A stretch of 64,000 nt of DNA from Penicillus capitatus (GCA_965649825.1 OZ287701.1:1043101-1107100); one strand, 5' to 3'; shown: positions 1 to 12,729, counted from the stretch's first letter. The notes: generated from the sequence alone by a model not told the origin. Numbers and translations are program-made.

Positions 1-100
1 CCTGGCTGATCTCATCGCTGATCTCATCGCTGATCTCATCGCTGATCTCCTGGATGATCTCCTGGCTGATCTCATCGCTGATCTCCTGGCTGATCTCATC
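1..100 (-). repeat. 12-bp coding tandem repeat (EISD/EISQ tetrapeptides)
   Basis: Units ctgatctcatcg and ctgatctcctgg alternate and lie in frame with the acidic protein on the minus strand. Confidence 0.9.
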
Positions 101-2136
101 GTCGTCGAGTTCGTCGTCCGTCGATTCTGGCTTGGCTTGAGGGACTTCGTCTGTTTGGTCTTCTTCCTTTTCCAATTTCATTTTGGCTTCGTCTTGACTG
201 CTGTCGTCTTCTGTCACCGTTTCGCCTCCGTTTGAACCCCATATCGAGGAATGCGATTCTAAGGATCCCATCACTGGCTGCAGTCCTGCTGCTTCTTCCT
301 CGTCTGTCTCACTTCTTGGCTCGATGTGAGGCATGGCTGCCTCCTCTGTCTCGATCGCCGCGGCATCTTCCATGAGAACACTATCTGGTTGTTGAGGTGC
401 CAATTCAGCAAGCTCGTCGACAATGCCATCATCCACCGAATCATCCATTCTATTCATTTCTGCCTTGTCCTCTTCCATAAAAGAGAACGAAATCTCCTCG
501 AGTGCATCGCCAATATCCATATCTGTGTCGATCACTGCATCTGTCAGCTTTGATGTGACAGGTTCATATTCTGGGATTTTCTCATCAGATGCATCATCAA
601 CCTCTGTGTCGATCACCGCATCTGATAACTTTGATGTGACAGGTTCAGACTCTGAGACTTCATCCTCCTCGGGTACATCACCAACTTCCACCTCTGTGTT
701 GGAAAGTGTATCTGCCAGTTCTGACGCGACTGGCTCAGACTCTGGGACTTCGTCCTCCTCGGGTACATCACCAACTTCCACCTCTGTGTCGGTCACCATA
801 TCATCCAGCTTTGTTGCCGTGAAAGTCTCGTTCTCCTCAATTTTCTCCTCGGGTGCATCACTAACATTCTCCTCTGTATCGGTCATCGTGTCTGCCAGCG
901 TTGACATGACAGGCTCATATTCTTTCTGTATATGGGACGAGGTCGATTCGGATATGGCCTCCTCTTCTTCTTTGTTTACTTCTGGTTCTGCCTCTTTGTC
1001 TGCGTCAATTCCTGTCTCCGTTTCCATAACTTCTTCCAACACAGGCGCTGCACTCTCGGCAATCGTCATAACCACCTCAGCTGCTGCAGTTTCTTCCACG
1101 TCATCTGTGTTGACAGCGACAGCTGGTTGCTCTTCTTCCGCTTCGGACGACAACTCCTCATCATCTCCAGCATCTTCCGGCAATTCCGATTCTTGCTCCG
1201 GCATAATAGACATCTCCACTTCCTCCTCTTCCCTGTCCGCTTCCAAAATCCCAAGAGGAGACTTCGTCGCAGTCGCCTCTTCGTCATCCGATGCACCAAC
1301 GGACACATCATCCAGAGAGAACGATGACAGGACTGCTGGGTCCTTCTCTGGCAGGCCATCATCCGCAGAGATCTCGATCGGATCTGTCGACGCAACTGAC
1401 GGTTCTTCCAGCACTTCCATCTTCGTTTCTTCTGACGGCTGTGGTAATTTCTCTGCTTTTAGCATTTCTTCGGTAAACTCTTTTGGCGTCTCATACATGC
1501 TCACACTTTCTATGTCCTGTTGATCTTTAGCAACATCCACTTCATTCATCGTTTCGTCAAAATCATTTGCACTGTCTTCGCCGATCTCTTCCTCTGTGGC
1601 CACGATTTCTGACGCGACGGCGGGAGCAATCCCCTCTTCGATCAGCCCTTCCTCTTCCTCTTCTTCTTCAAGCTCCGTTTCCGTCACATCCTGCTTCGGC
1701 TCTTCCTTTTCGATCTTCTCTTGCTCTTTGGGTTTTTGAGAACCACCTTGAACAATCTATCCGCCATCCGTACTCGATCAAGATCCCTGCTGGATGATAG
1801 ACGTCTTACCGTTTGAAGAAGTTGAGCTCCGGCAATGAAAGCGGTGATGCCCACCAGGCCAACACTGTACTGTTGTTTCAACAGTGACGAAAAGTACTTT
1901 CGATTCGCCGCGCTGCGTCTCTTGAGCTCTCGACGGTCAGGTATCGCATCGTCACTGCTCGACTGCGTTTTCAGAATACGTCGACTGCGCGTTCGCGTCG
2001 ATATCGTCGCTGCCCAGGCCGGCTGCAGCGTCTGATGAGAGGCTCGAGTGAACGACTGTCGTCTTGCATGACTTGGCGTCGGTGCAAAACAGCACAGGAC
2101 GGACTGAGATCCAGTGCGCAATACTTCGACCGTCAT
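1..2136 (-). CDS. Long acidic (E/D-rich) low-complexity protein with a predicted organellar transit peptide and one TM helix; 3' end runs off the left edge of the window
   Basis: ATG at 2136 gives MTVEVLRTGSQ... (S/T/R-rich), then hydrophobic YSVGLVGITAFIAGAQLLQT. A GT-AG intron at 1757-1809 (53 nt) joins this to an open frame IVQGGSQKPKEQEKIEKEEPK...EISQEISDEISQ that has no stop down to base 1. About five imperfect ~29-aa repeats (TEVEVGDVPEEDEV.ESEPV.S.L.D) lie at roughly 520-900. Confidence 0.7.
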
Positions 2137-2216
2137 AACGTGACAATCCGTGGCGCAAAAAACGGATCGTAATCTTATCCTTACATGCCCATTCGACGGC
2201 AACCGACCGAGAGCTG

Positions 2217-3066
2217 TCACATCACTATGGCATGACGCTTCCAGTAGTCAACAGCTTCTTGATACTTGACAGCATCCAGGGCGACGCCACTCCCGCCCTG
2301 ATCTCGACCCAATGCGTTACGCATCATCGTGATCGGCTGCATCGGCGTTTCTGTGTCCTGCGACACGGAGATCGTGATCGAGAACGCCACGGAGGAACTG
2401 ACCTCCATCTGCGGTTTGATCGAGATGATCCCCCAAGGAACGTCTGGAACTGTGTAGGGCGCTGCGCCTGCGATGGACTGCGTTTCCTTAACAATCTGTT
2501 CGCGTGAATAGACGATGATGTCCAAGAATCGTGCGATGGGTGGCTGCACGTCCTCCCTGGCAAACCATCTGGCTCTCTGGCCGATGAGGCATCCATCAAC
2601 GACCGCAGAGATTCGACCTTGTCAGCACGGCGAGTTCTTCGGGGCGTCGTTGGATGTAGTCCGATCTCAGTAGCCGGACATTGTGCTCGGTGATCTCCAC
2701 GGCTCCCGAACGAGTGCCGACGAAGTTTTCCACGAAGAGATGTTTGCAGAAAGGAGCATAGCCGTCGTGCAAAGGACACGAGTCTTTGGCATAGAGCTCG
2801 TGAATCTTCTCCACAAACTGAACCTATGCAACGGCAATCCGTGTGTCCGATCGGCGTCGCCGAATCGATATCGTTCACACTTTGTCGTAGTCAATCGCCA
2901 TTCCCATGTCCTTCTTGTTATCACTCCACTGCCGTTGCAGCGCAAAGACGTCGAGAAAAAACGTCGGTCCTGCCGTGATGCACTGCGCCATGCTCCGAGC
3001 AGAACGTCGACGGCGATGCGCTGCGCAACGACTCCGAGAAACGGATCGCGTCAGGGGCGTGATCAT
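2217..3066 (-). CDS. DUF3228 family protein, 3 exons
   Basis: Recognised family motifs GYAPFCKHLFVENF, LLRSDYIQRRPEELAVLTRWF, VYSREQI, WGIISIK, ETPMQPITMMRNALGRDQGGSGV. Two ~50-nt GT-AG introns near 2820-2880 and 2570-2620 restore a single frame. Start could be 3066 or the downstream MAQC. Confidence 0.88.
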
Positions 3067-3107
3067 AAAGGCGGCGGCGTCTGGATGTAGCGTTTCCCTC
3101 AGTCTAT

Positions 3108-5086
3108 CTACAGTTCGGTCGAGGCATCGTGCGCCATGACATCCAACCGTCCACGATAACGCTTATGGGGACTGTAGAATACCAAGTTGCTAACATGACT
3201 GGAGTAGAGACAGGCAAAACGGTCAATCTGGTGTGCCAGGAGAGAACTCTGATGTCCCGTCTTCAGCAGTCTACACGACACACCCTGTCGAGCCACACAT
3301 CGCTGTCGTCAATCGCACCTGCCCCAGACAGGATGAAATCGCTCGTGATACACTTTGAGGCCCGTTCTATGTTCCCTAGCCACGATCTGCCACTCTTCTT
3401 CCAATTGCTGGATGAGCTCGTGGGCCTCGGAGGGAGACAGTTTTGAATTGTAGACGCCATTGTGAGGGCTAGAAAACTCGAGAAACCATTTTGCGTGCTG
3501 CAGTTTGTCTTCCAGTGCATTCCGCTCTTGTCGGAGCTTCAGAAGACGCATCAGCTCATCTCGGCAACTACCATCAAACATCAAGCTCGTACAAACAGAC
3601 CCGGCAGCCTACTTCGAGAGGATATGGAGTTCTGGCTCGAGTTCCGGCACCACGAGCATGGTTCGCCATCCCAATGTCTTTTTGCTTTTGAGAATATCGC
3701 CGTAGATATGATCGCCCACGTACAAGACTTCAGTACCCGACTTCACACCAAGCATGCGATGCAGATCGAGATAGGTGCCGCCCTGGTAGACTTTCCAGTT
3801 GCCTTGCCGCGTCGTCGGGCCGTTGTCCATGGTATCCGATCCGTAGAGACAGGCAGTGGGTGCGCCGTTGTCGGTATTCACTAGATGCCCCGTGTGGGGA
3901 TCGACGATGAAGAGGCTGTTGTTGGAGTTGAAAAAACGTGGCTTGCCGCATCCGGTAATCACTACATCAAAAAGCTTAAGCCATTCCCCGTCGCAATCTT
4001 TTCCCTATACACACCACTCTACATTTCTCACACTTTTGACGCGGGTCACACTTGTTTATTATGTATGAGATAGTTCATTGCAATATTGGTGTAATCCCAT
4101 AAGGAATTGGTCGCCAAGAAAATGCGTTTCCCCGATTGTCGCAGCATTTCGAAGAGCGGAACCAGCAGAGAATCTTCGTGGATGTACTTTCCTGGATTCT
4201 CCGCCACTCTCTTTTTCAGCGTCCCATCACGGTGACAATAATCCACAGAATAACGGACATCGGTGTAGATGTCCATAAAGCTCTTCTCTTTCAGCAGTTC
4301 TGGTCGTCTTTCCTTGAGATCGACCAGACTGGCAAAGAGATACGCTTCGGAAATGGAGAAGAGGGTGTCGATCATGGTGTAATCGGGTTCATCAAAAGCA
4401 TCTCTGCGCTCAGTTCGGCCATAGACGCTATGGCGTTCCTCCACCGAGAGCTTATCAAACCCATGATATGCAATTTTGGCATACTTATGCCGATCCACCT
4501 TCAGCACGTTCCCCCGCCTCTTATCGATCACCAATCCGCGCATGATATACGTACAGTCAAACTCAAAATCCATCACGATGGAAGGGTATCCCAGCAGGGA
4601 CACTAGTTTCTTTTTTGTCTCCTCAAAGGCCAGGAGTTCAAAAGTGTCCGCCTTGTATTGGGCCAAGGTGTAATCCATGTCAAATCCTACTGCTTTGATG
4701 GAGTCCATTGTCAGGGAACGATTACAGAAGATTCGACGACGGATGTCTAAATCGGCATTTCCCGACGGGTCTGTCCAGATGGGCTGTGACGAATGCGATA
4801 CGGGTGGTGGAGAGGTTTCCGTCACAGAGATGCGTCTTTCGATGGAGCAGCAGATCGACAACTTATGCATGGACCACCAGTCGCTCGGGCGTAGTTGTCG
4901 GCAATACCGTGCACGTAATGGACCACCTAAGCAACAGGCTTTGAACCTGGTAGAAGGCAAAAAGCGACTAACGAGGCCACGTGTTGAAGTGACGTGTAGG
5001 AGAAGGCGTGTAGCGACTTGCCGCTCGGTGCCAGACGTGAAGTAAGGCCCGCGTAGGAACCGCAATTCGGCGATGCATCGCGCCAC
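3108..5086 (-). CDS. Cytosolic purine 5'-nucleotidase family (HAD IG, 5_nucleotid) protein, multi-exon, with N-terminal targeting-like extension; start uncertain (first in-frame ATG at 4870)
   Basis: HAD motif I IKAVGFDMDYTLAQY; also GLVIDKRRGNVLKVDRH, FLATNSLWDYT, motif IV YVGDHIYGDILKSKKTLGWRTMLVVPELE, and the C-terminal QIDRFACLYSSHVSNL. Stop at 3108. Confidence 0.92.
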
Positions 5087-5503
5087 TTAATCGATACATT
5101 TTGAGACGCGCGATAGAAACGGGCCATTCGCGCGGATCGAACCATTTGCACCGAGGTGCCATTTCTTATTCGCTGACCAGAAGTGCCGGCCATACGCACA
5201 TACGCACGTTTGCCGAAAACTGTGTCACTTCCGCCGTGCATTCGGTGAGACAACGACGAGGAAAAGAAGGTAAAGACGACAGCGACGATGCCGCTACCCG
5301 CGCCAACGACGGACCCTCATCTTCGCGAAAACGACCTATCTATGCAAATGGAGACGGTCGTCGTGGGACGACAGCGTTTGAAATATCGTCGTTCTATCGA
5401 CGATAGTCTCCGACAAAATAAGATGCGCGAACGTACATCGCTACAGCACGCGACGACATCGGTTGAAACATGACGCTGGCGGTTTTAGGTTGCTTTCACT
5501 GAC

Positions 5504-8500
5504 ATGAGGCGTTTTCTCATATTCGTGGGGCTTTGCCTCACGTGCTTCGCCTTGACATTTGGACAATATGAAAACGGCGACGATATGTTGAGCAATGAAA
5601 TTCGAGAGATGGTGAGGAACGCTGCTTCGCTTGAAGAGATCACAGCGCAGTTTGACGCTGACCGTCAAAAGAAGTCTGCTGCGAAAGAGACGTGCACGAT
5701 CTCCATCAAAGGCAACGAAACGCGCATCGGGCGCGACATCACGCACACACGATGTCATCTCTTTAGGTTCGGAAACGGCCCATATCGAAGAGGACCCTCT
5801 CATCTCCGCCCGCGTCGAGTGCGGAGGCATAGAGATCTACAACGAAGAGAAGAAACGCTCAGAACTCAAGCGTGTCATTGTCAGAGATGTAAGCATCTAT
5901 CTGAGCTCTCTTGTGTGAGAATTCGACGCCTGTGCTGTCAGGGGTGGTTGTATCTCTTCAAGAAGTTGTCCGACGGGATGATGACTTATGTTTATCTCAA
6001 GGATGCTGATAACATCGAGTTGAAGGATGTGGTGATCGAGAATCTGCCAAAGCTCGATCCGCTGAAGGTATGGGCTGCATGAACATGATGGACAGAGTAT
6101 AGAGATTCGATGCGTTTGGTCTGTAGAAATATGCTGCTCCGTTCGTCGCAGACAGTGGACGTTTCGACTGCAACAACTGCAACTTCACAAATAATGCAGA
6201 TGGCCAAATGGCCGGAGCTCTTGTCTTGACCGGTAGTGCAAATGTCGATATGAAAGACGTAAGAACTCAGTCACTTATTCTACGTTAATAATGGAATGAA
6301 TGCAGGGTACTTTCTATGGAAATAGAGGTACAAAGGCCGGAGCCGTGTTATTATCTGGCTCGGCCAAACTCGATATAGAACATTCGATTATCGCCGTGAA
6401 CAACGGCACCGTTGTCGGTGGCATCATGGTCGATGGAAGCGCCATGATCATTGCGAAGAATATACATCTCCAAGAGAACGAAGCAAAGGAGCAAGCCACA
6501 TCGATATACATTCAAGAGAAGGGGATAAGTGTGTTGGACGAAATGAAGTTGGTCGGACAGGGATACGACGAGAGCTATGAGGATTATCTCCTAGCTGCAG
6601 ACCAATCCAACTACGCTATCAATGAAGACGACTTTTTAAAAGCCAGTGCTTTCAAGATGGCAGGGAAGTCGAGTGTTATCGTCAGAGACACCGTGTTCGC
6701 CAACAATGCCGCTAAGTACGGGGCCGTCTTGGTGGCCGAACAAGCTGTGTTGACCATGAATGCCTGTCACTTCACGAAGAACGCCGCCACGAATGGTGCC
6801 GGTGTCTACATCGAAGGAGGAAGGGGTGGTTATGCTCGTGTGATGGGCTCTACCTTCGTATCCAATGTCGCACGCAACGGTGGTGCCTTGGTCTCCGCAG
6901 GTCTGTTCCTGTTCTGATCCTTTCAGCTGACGAAGGGGCTGTCCATCAGGAAATGGCAGCTTTGTCGTCGACGAATGCCATTTCGAATCGAACATGGCAT
7001 TCAGAGGCGGCGTTCTCTATGGAGATTACTCTAATGAAGATTCGCTTGTCGCCAACGGCACATGCAGCAGAACTTCCTCTGGAAACAGAATGACGATCCA
7101 ACAGAGCACGTATGGACACGATTCGGTGTACAGCTGATGGAAACACGGGATCCTTCTGTGCTATTAGTTTCACAGGTAACATGGCAGTGCACAGTGGAGG
7201 AGCGTTCTTTGTCAAGTGTACAGAGATCTTCGCAAACGAATCGGCATTCACAGGAAATATGGCTCAGTCCAACGGCGGCGCAATGTATGTTGCAGAAGCC
7301 CACTCTCTTGATTTCTTGAACTGTGTCTTCAAAGAGAACTCGGCCGGTACGTCAACAAAGTGCACAGCACTGCCTGAATCTGTTTGATTATGGTCTTGTG
7401 CAGGAGACAACGGCGGATCTCTCTACGTCAAGAATGCTCAGGATATCATGTCCACAGATACTGTGTTCGCCAACAACAGTGCCAATCTGAATAGCGACGC
7501 CTTTGCTTCGCTGACAGGGGACGACTCTCACGTAAGTCCATGCATTGTCTGTGCACTGTGATCTCAGTTGAGTGAATTTGTGGTGTTTTAGTCGAACAAC
7601 ATCAACATCACGCATGATGACACCAGGAACGGCGGCGCACTGTATGCTGAAGATGTCAATGATCTAATATTCCAGAATACCATCTTTAGAAAGAACTCGG
7701 CTGGTATGTTAACCAGCACGTATGGTACTTTAAGAATGTGTACAACTGCTTCTTTGCAGGCGGAATCGGCGGGTCTATGTTCGTCAACAAGTCGAACGAT
7801 ATCATGATCACTGACACTGTATTCCTACAGAATACCGCAGATTTGGAAGGTGGTGCCATTGCTTCGATGTCAGGGAACAGCATCTCTGTGAGTCCATCGC
7901 CTGCGCATTGCGATCTCCTCGAGTAGAGTGTGTTGTTCTCAGTTGACCGAGGTCATCATCACGCGCAACAGTGCTAAGGACGGCGGCGCAGTCTTTTCGT
8001 TCGACACCAAAAAGATTCAGTCGCAGCAATGCGACCTGAGACGCAATGTTGCCGTCAAAGGGGGAGCCCTGTCGATGCACAACCTTGATGAGGTGTGTGC
8101 TCTATTTGTCATACCGCCTGTTCGGACATGCGGTCTTTCTTTGGGCAGTTGTACTTGGAGGATGTCGATTTGTCCAGTAACGTAGCCGAGAAAGCTGGCG
8201 GCGCTGTGAGAGCATACAATGGCAAGAAGGCGACGATCAAGAACGTGATTGTGACGGATATCAAGTCTGGATCAGGGTCACTTGCTCTGGAGAAGATAGA
8301 CACCGTTTTGGTGTCCGACATAGATTTCCACGATAACATAGCTGAAGGGGCATGCGGTCAGAAGCATTACGACTTCGTCACTGTTCCCATGGTCTGTTCG
8401 TTTCAGGTGCTTTGGAGATAGACAGAGCGTTGGATGCAACACTTCGCAACGTTCTAGTCCGAAGGAACGTGGCCAATTTTCAAGGAGGCGGTGTTTGCCT

Positions 8501-10613
8501 TACAAACTCGGAGACTGCTAAGATTCAAGATGTGACGTTTCTTAAGAATACAGCAGGAAAGGGTGGTGGCGCTCTTTTGCTTGACGGCAGCACGGAGGTT
8601 TTCCTGAATAGCACAGACTTCGTGAACAACGTCGGCGTTTTCCAAGGAGGTGCCATAAAAGGTCAGTTCATCGAAAAGTGCTCGGCAGCTCTGTGTAAAG
8701 GGCTGTTTTGTGAATTGTAGGAAAGGGTGTGAAATCCCTGCTCATTACATTTTCAAACTTTAAAAAGAATGAGGCACAACTGAGAGGTGGGGCAATCTAC
8801 TTGGAGAATTCCTCCCTAGACATCGAGGTTAACACACACTTCACTGCATCGGTGAAGATGTCACATCGGTTGTGATGCTTGCAGGATTGTAAGGTTACCA
8901 AGAACTACGTCGGTCCGCCAAAACCGAAGAAGACTAAAGAAATAGAGGCAGAGGCAGAAACAGTAGAAACTGAAGAAACTACATCTGAAGAGACAGCAAA
9001 GAGCACAGAAACGGCAGATGTTCCAGCGACTGAGGAGACAGCAAAGAGCACAGAAACGGCAGAGGTTGCTGCAAAAGAACAGCCAGAAACAGATGATCCG
9101 AACGAGCCAATTGTTTTTGCCAATCGTGTGCTGGCAACAGGTCAATCAAGTCTTCTCTGATTGTGTCATTCATTCCTTTTGCAGATGCTGGTGGCATCAT
9201 CTACCTATCGAAGGGCGAGTATTTCAAGAGTGTGGGTACAAACTACACCTACAACGAAGCGCAGTCCGTCGGTGGCGCTGTCATGATCGAAAGCGTGAAG
9301 CTTGTAGACATTCAGTTCGATAAGTACCTCAACGGAACGGCTGCTATGAGCGGTATGCCCTCCACGAAACATCTGCACCCGACTCACGTGTGGTCTGTCT
9401 GATCTGGCAAGGTGGCTGCATCTATGGATCCGGCATTGCCAACTTCTCAATGTGGGACACGACGATGAAGTACTGCGAGGCATCGAATGGAGGTGGATTC
9501 ATTCTGGAAGGCAATTCGCACTTTACTGGAGGTTACAACAAGTTCATCAACAACACAGCGACGAATGGAGGGGCCTTCCTCTGCAAAGGTCCTGTACGGT
9601 CTTCTCATAACACTCTTTAGGCAACGGACGTCTTTTCAGGCGATAGTCATGTGACGATAGGAGACACCGCTTTCCGATACAACGCAGCCAAAGAAGGGGC
9701 CACTCTCTCTGTCGACTGTCGCTGCGACGTAGATGTCGACAATTCTGCTTTCTTCCGTGACAAGAAACTCAAAGGCAATGGCGACTTCTTCCACGTGACC
9801 AGGGGATGCGGCTCTGTCAACCACAATGGCTGCGAATTCCATGGAAAGATGCCGAGCAATGGAGTGAACGCTCTATGGGCAGGAGTCGGTGGAGGATTCC
9901 TGGCATTGGTCGTTGTGTTCTTCATCGTTATCGTGTTGGCCAGAAGACGCTCGAAGAGAAAAGCTGCTGCTGCCGCAGGAGACGTCGAGACGGGCACATC
10001 TGCTCCTCTGCTTGCCGGCAGACGAACCGCCACTGCCCATTCCACCGAAAGCGGTTCATCCTATGAGACAGAAACCGAAGAAGACGATTCCGTCGAGTAC
10101 GAAGAAGTCTCAGATGTGGATAGGAAGCCACGCAAACGTTCAGTGGCACGCTCCATCGTGGATAGCGAAGAAGAAGATATCTCTAGTGTAGAGACAGAAA
10201 ACGATACAGATGAAGAAGAGATCACAGTCGCCAAGCGCAAAGTGCATGAGATTCCAACCGTCCCCGTCGTTTCTTCAGAGCCCATTGGTCTTCGTACCCC
10301 TAAGGAAGTGCGTGCAGCGACCAGGCATCGCAAAGTAATGCTCATATAAAGTCTTATCGTCGTTGATAGATATTTGGCAAATCTCTAGGCATCTATGGAT
10401 GCGTTGAATGATGGAGCAGGTCCCTCTTTGGCTACGAATCTGTCCTTTGTTCTGCCCCCAAGCCTTCCGCCCAAACTCAAACTGAATCTGTCCATGAGCT
10501 CAGAGAATACACCTTCGCCGCCTGAGGCGACTGTGGGAGAAACGGGAGGGGAAGGGGAGATTCAGTCAGACAACGTCGACCGCCAACCGACGATTCCGGA
10601 AGACACCGTGTGA
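5504..10613 (+). pseudogene. Type I membrane protein with a Pmp-like / pectin-lyase-fold beta-helix ectodomain (paralog 1); carries a +4 frameshift in exon 1
   Basis: Signal peptide MRRFLIFVGLCLTCFALTFG; many F..N.A...GGA(L/I/V) repeats over roughly 20 short introns; TM ALWAGVGGGFLALVVVFFIVIVLARRR; acidic tail. The last exon is joined by a GT-AG intron at 10335-10388 to a stop at 10613. Alignment with the paralog shows four extra bases in the CACACAC run at 5744-5750. Confidence 0.75.
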
Positions 10614-11109
10614 AGAAGAGCTGTCATTCCTCAACGACATTCCAATCATTTCGTTTTGCAATGACGCCGTTAGTATTCGTTTGCTTTAGTGTTTGTCAGA
10701 ATTGGCAATTCAATATCAATATGAAAAACCATTTAGTGTTCAGAGTCTGGTTAGTGAGTGTTTTTTGTGTGAAGAGATCCCACCAATACATCTCTTCTCG
10801 GTACGTTTCACGTACATTCTGCTTGTTTCGATGGCGATGAAAGAATCTCTGTTTCGATCCGTTTGAGTAAATCGAAACGGTCAATGAGCCACTTTGCGGT
10901 GACACCTTAGCCAAGGATGCCATTTAGAAAATGGTTTCAGTGATGCATGTTGCTCTTGGTTGTGGAGATTACGATTTCGACGACTGTGTGCTCAATTACA
11001 CGACGTCTATGAGTCAAAAAGGAATTGCTTAAGTTGTTCATAAGGCAATTATTATTGGAGTGTGTGAGAAAGTGAGGATCTTAAATCAGCACCATGATTG
11101 TTACGCATG

Positions 11110-12081
11110 TCACCAATGCTTGTTTGTCACGGTACGAGATTTGTAGGGCTCGACATTATTAAACTTGGACAGATCCATGATGCGCACATTGCCTTCGCGT
11201 TTCAGCACATCCGAAAAACGCACGTCCGTCAGGCAGTCTGTCTCGCCAGTGTAGTACTTTGCGACATAGAGTGTCTGAAAAGTGTGATTATCAGTTGCCG
11301 TTAAGGAAATGGAGTAGTCCATCTTCAGCAACTCTTCATCGGTGTGCGGAAAGAGAGGTGACGATTCATCGATCTTGTGCACCACATTAAACGCCGGAGC
11401 CATGACTGGCGGCTCGACGACTTCCAGTGGCTGCGCTACCCAGATGTTCTCGCCTTCTTCAGTCTCCACATGTGCGAAACTGCTCAGACGAACGTCGGGA
11501 GCGACGAGGAGGTTGCCTCTGGTGTTTCCCACTCGGAACATGAAATGCCGGACACCATTGCGACGCATCAGGAGACACTTCTTGCTGAAGACGAGCTTGA
11601 CAGAAGGCAAACTGGCTTTGGACACGACAGCTCCCAAGAGCATGGCAGACAGTAAGATCCCGAGGAGGAATTCTGCTGTGACCAGAATGTTTGCTGCACA
11701 GCTGATCGGCTGCAGATGGCCAAATCCAACGGATATGAGATGTCCCATCGATAGCCAAAATGCCTGTTCAAAAAGGGACATAGTTGGCAGGAGTTCCCCT
11801 GAAAAGTGCTCATCCTCGGCGTGCAGCAATCGAATCGTCAGGACAGCGAAGAAAAGGGCAAAGCCGAAGTAGACACCCAATACCAATCCCCACAAACGCA
11901 GCCAGTCCAGTCTCAGACAACCGTACTGAAAGTCATCCGCCAGCGTGTGGCACACCCCCTGCACGCGCCACTCGTAACGCCGACCATAGAGATCTTCTCT
12001 CTTCAGCATGTTACAAGACGAACGGAGTCGCTTGAACGACTGCACGGAGTTTTGTAGTATGCGAGGCAGTGTCTGCGCCAT
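11110..12081 (-). CDS. Inward-rectifier K+ channel (Kir/KirBac-like), intronless, 323 aa, with an atypical pore sequence
   Basis: M1 helix WLRLWGLVLGVYFGFALFFAVL; pore AFWLSMGHLISVGFGHLQP; M2 helix ILVTAEFLLGILLSAMLLGAVVSK; Kir cytoplasmic motifs FMFRVGNTRGNLL and VVHKIDESSPLF. Confidence 0.9.
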   Translation of the reverse strand: MAQTLPRILQNSVQSFKRLRSSCNMLKREDLYGRRYEWRVQGVCHTLADDFQYGCLRLDWLRLWGLVLGVYFGFALFFAVLTIRLLHAEDEHFSGELLPTMSLFEQAFWLSMGHLISVGFGHLQPISCAANILVTAEFLLGILLSAMLLGAVVSKASLPSVKLVFSKKCLLMRRNGVRHFMFRVGNTRGNLLVAPDVRLSSFAHVETEEGENIWVAQPLEVVEPPVMAPAFNVVHKIDESSPLFPHTDEELLKMDYSISLTATDNHTFQTLYVAKYYTGETDCLTDVRFSDVLKREGNVRIMDLSKFNNVEPYKSRTVTNKHW

Positions 12082-12602
12082 TGTGCAAACATTAGTAAGA
12101 CACGCGTCTGTTCAGTTGCGTCATGATGTGACATGTTTCGAATGACAAGACGCGGCATAAAGCGTCCTTTCTGCACCTTGTGTGTAGGAAATCTGCCTCT
12201 GTCGACTTTGTGCCGATTCCATATCGTGTAGTCTTGTGCCTTAAACGGTTTTGCTGTTGGGTGGGTATTGTCTAAAGTACTGAGGGACTGAAAGTCGTTC
12301 TCGCTGCAAACTTTGTCATCGTCGTTACCTTAAAACATAGGTGTCGCACGCGAATCATGATAGCGCGACTTGCGGAAAATTGAATGGGGGTTTTTGTGAT
12401 ACAGGATTCTGAAGGAATAGGTTCTTCGATCATAATCAAATTTATCGTTGACATCTGCGCCATGCTTTTATTCTGCCGATGTGTCCGTGGCCGGTCGGAT
12501 CGAGTGGAAACGATTCACAGCGGAAGACTTGTTTTGTTTACAGAGCAAGGTCATACAAGGTTTAGACCGTCCCTCGAATACATGCTTGGTGACTTGACAT
12601 CC

Positions 12603-12729
12603 CTAGGCAGATGAGTCACCACGCTGCCAGAGCCAGAGAAAAGGGCTCTTTGGTAGCCAATGCGCCCATGTGACAAGACAAGCAGCACCCAAGAGAACAT
12701 AAGCCCCTTCCCAGCAAGGCAGTCCCATC
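12603..12729. repeat. Diverged 127-bp copy (A) of a motif also present at 13989-14116 and 39603-39730
   Basis: Shared blocks CTAGGCAGATGAGTCA, GAGCCAGAGAA, TGACAAGAC and CAGCAAGRCAGTCCCATC at near-identical spacing, with unrelated spacer sequences. Confidence 0.8.

Noticed and set aside
423-1523. 366-aa Ser-rich plus-strand ORF
   Set aside because: Antisense shadow of the Glu/Asp-rich minus-strand frame (GAA/GAT codons read as Ser/Ile/Phe in reverse).
5504-10613. Annotation as a chlamydial Pmp autotransporter or bacterial contamination
   Set aside because: Many spliceosomal introns, a single TM helix and cytoplasmic tail, and no C-terminal beta-barrel; only the passenger-type repeats are shared.
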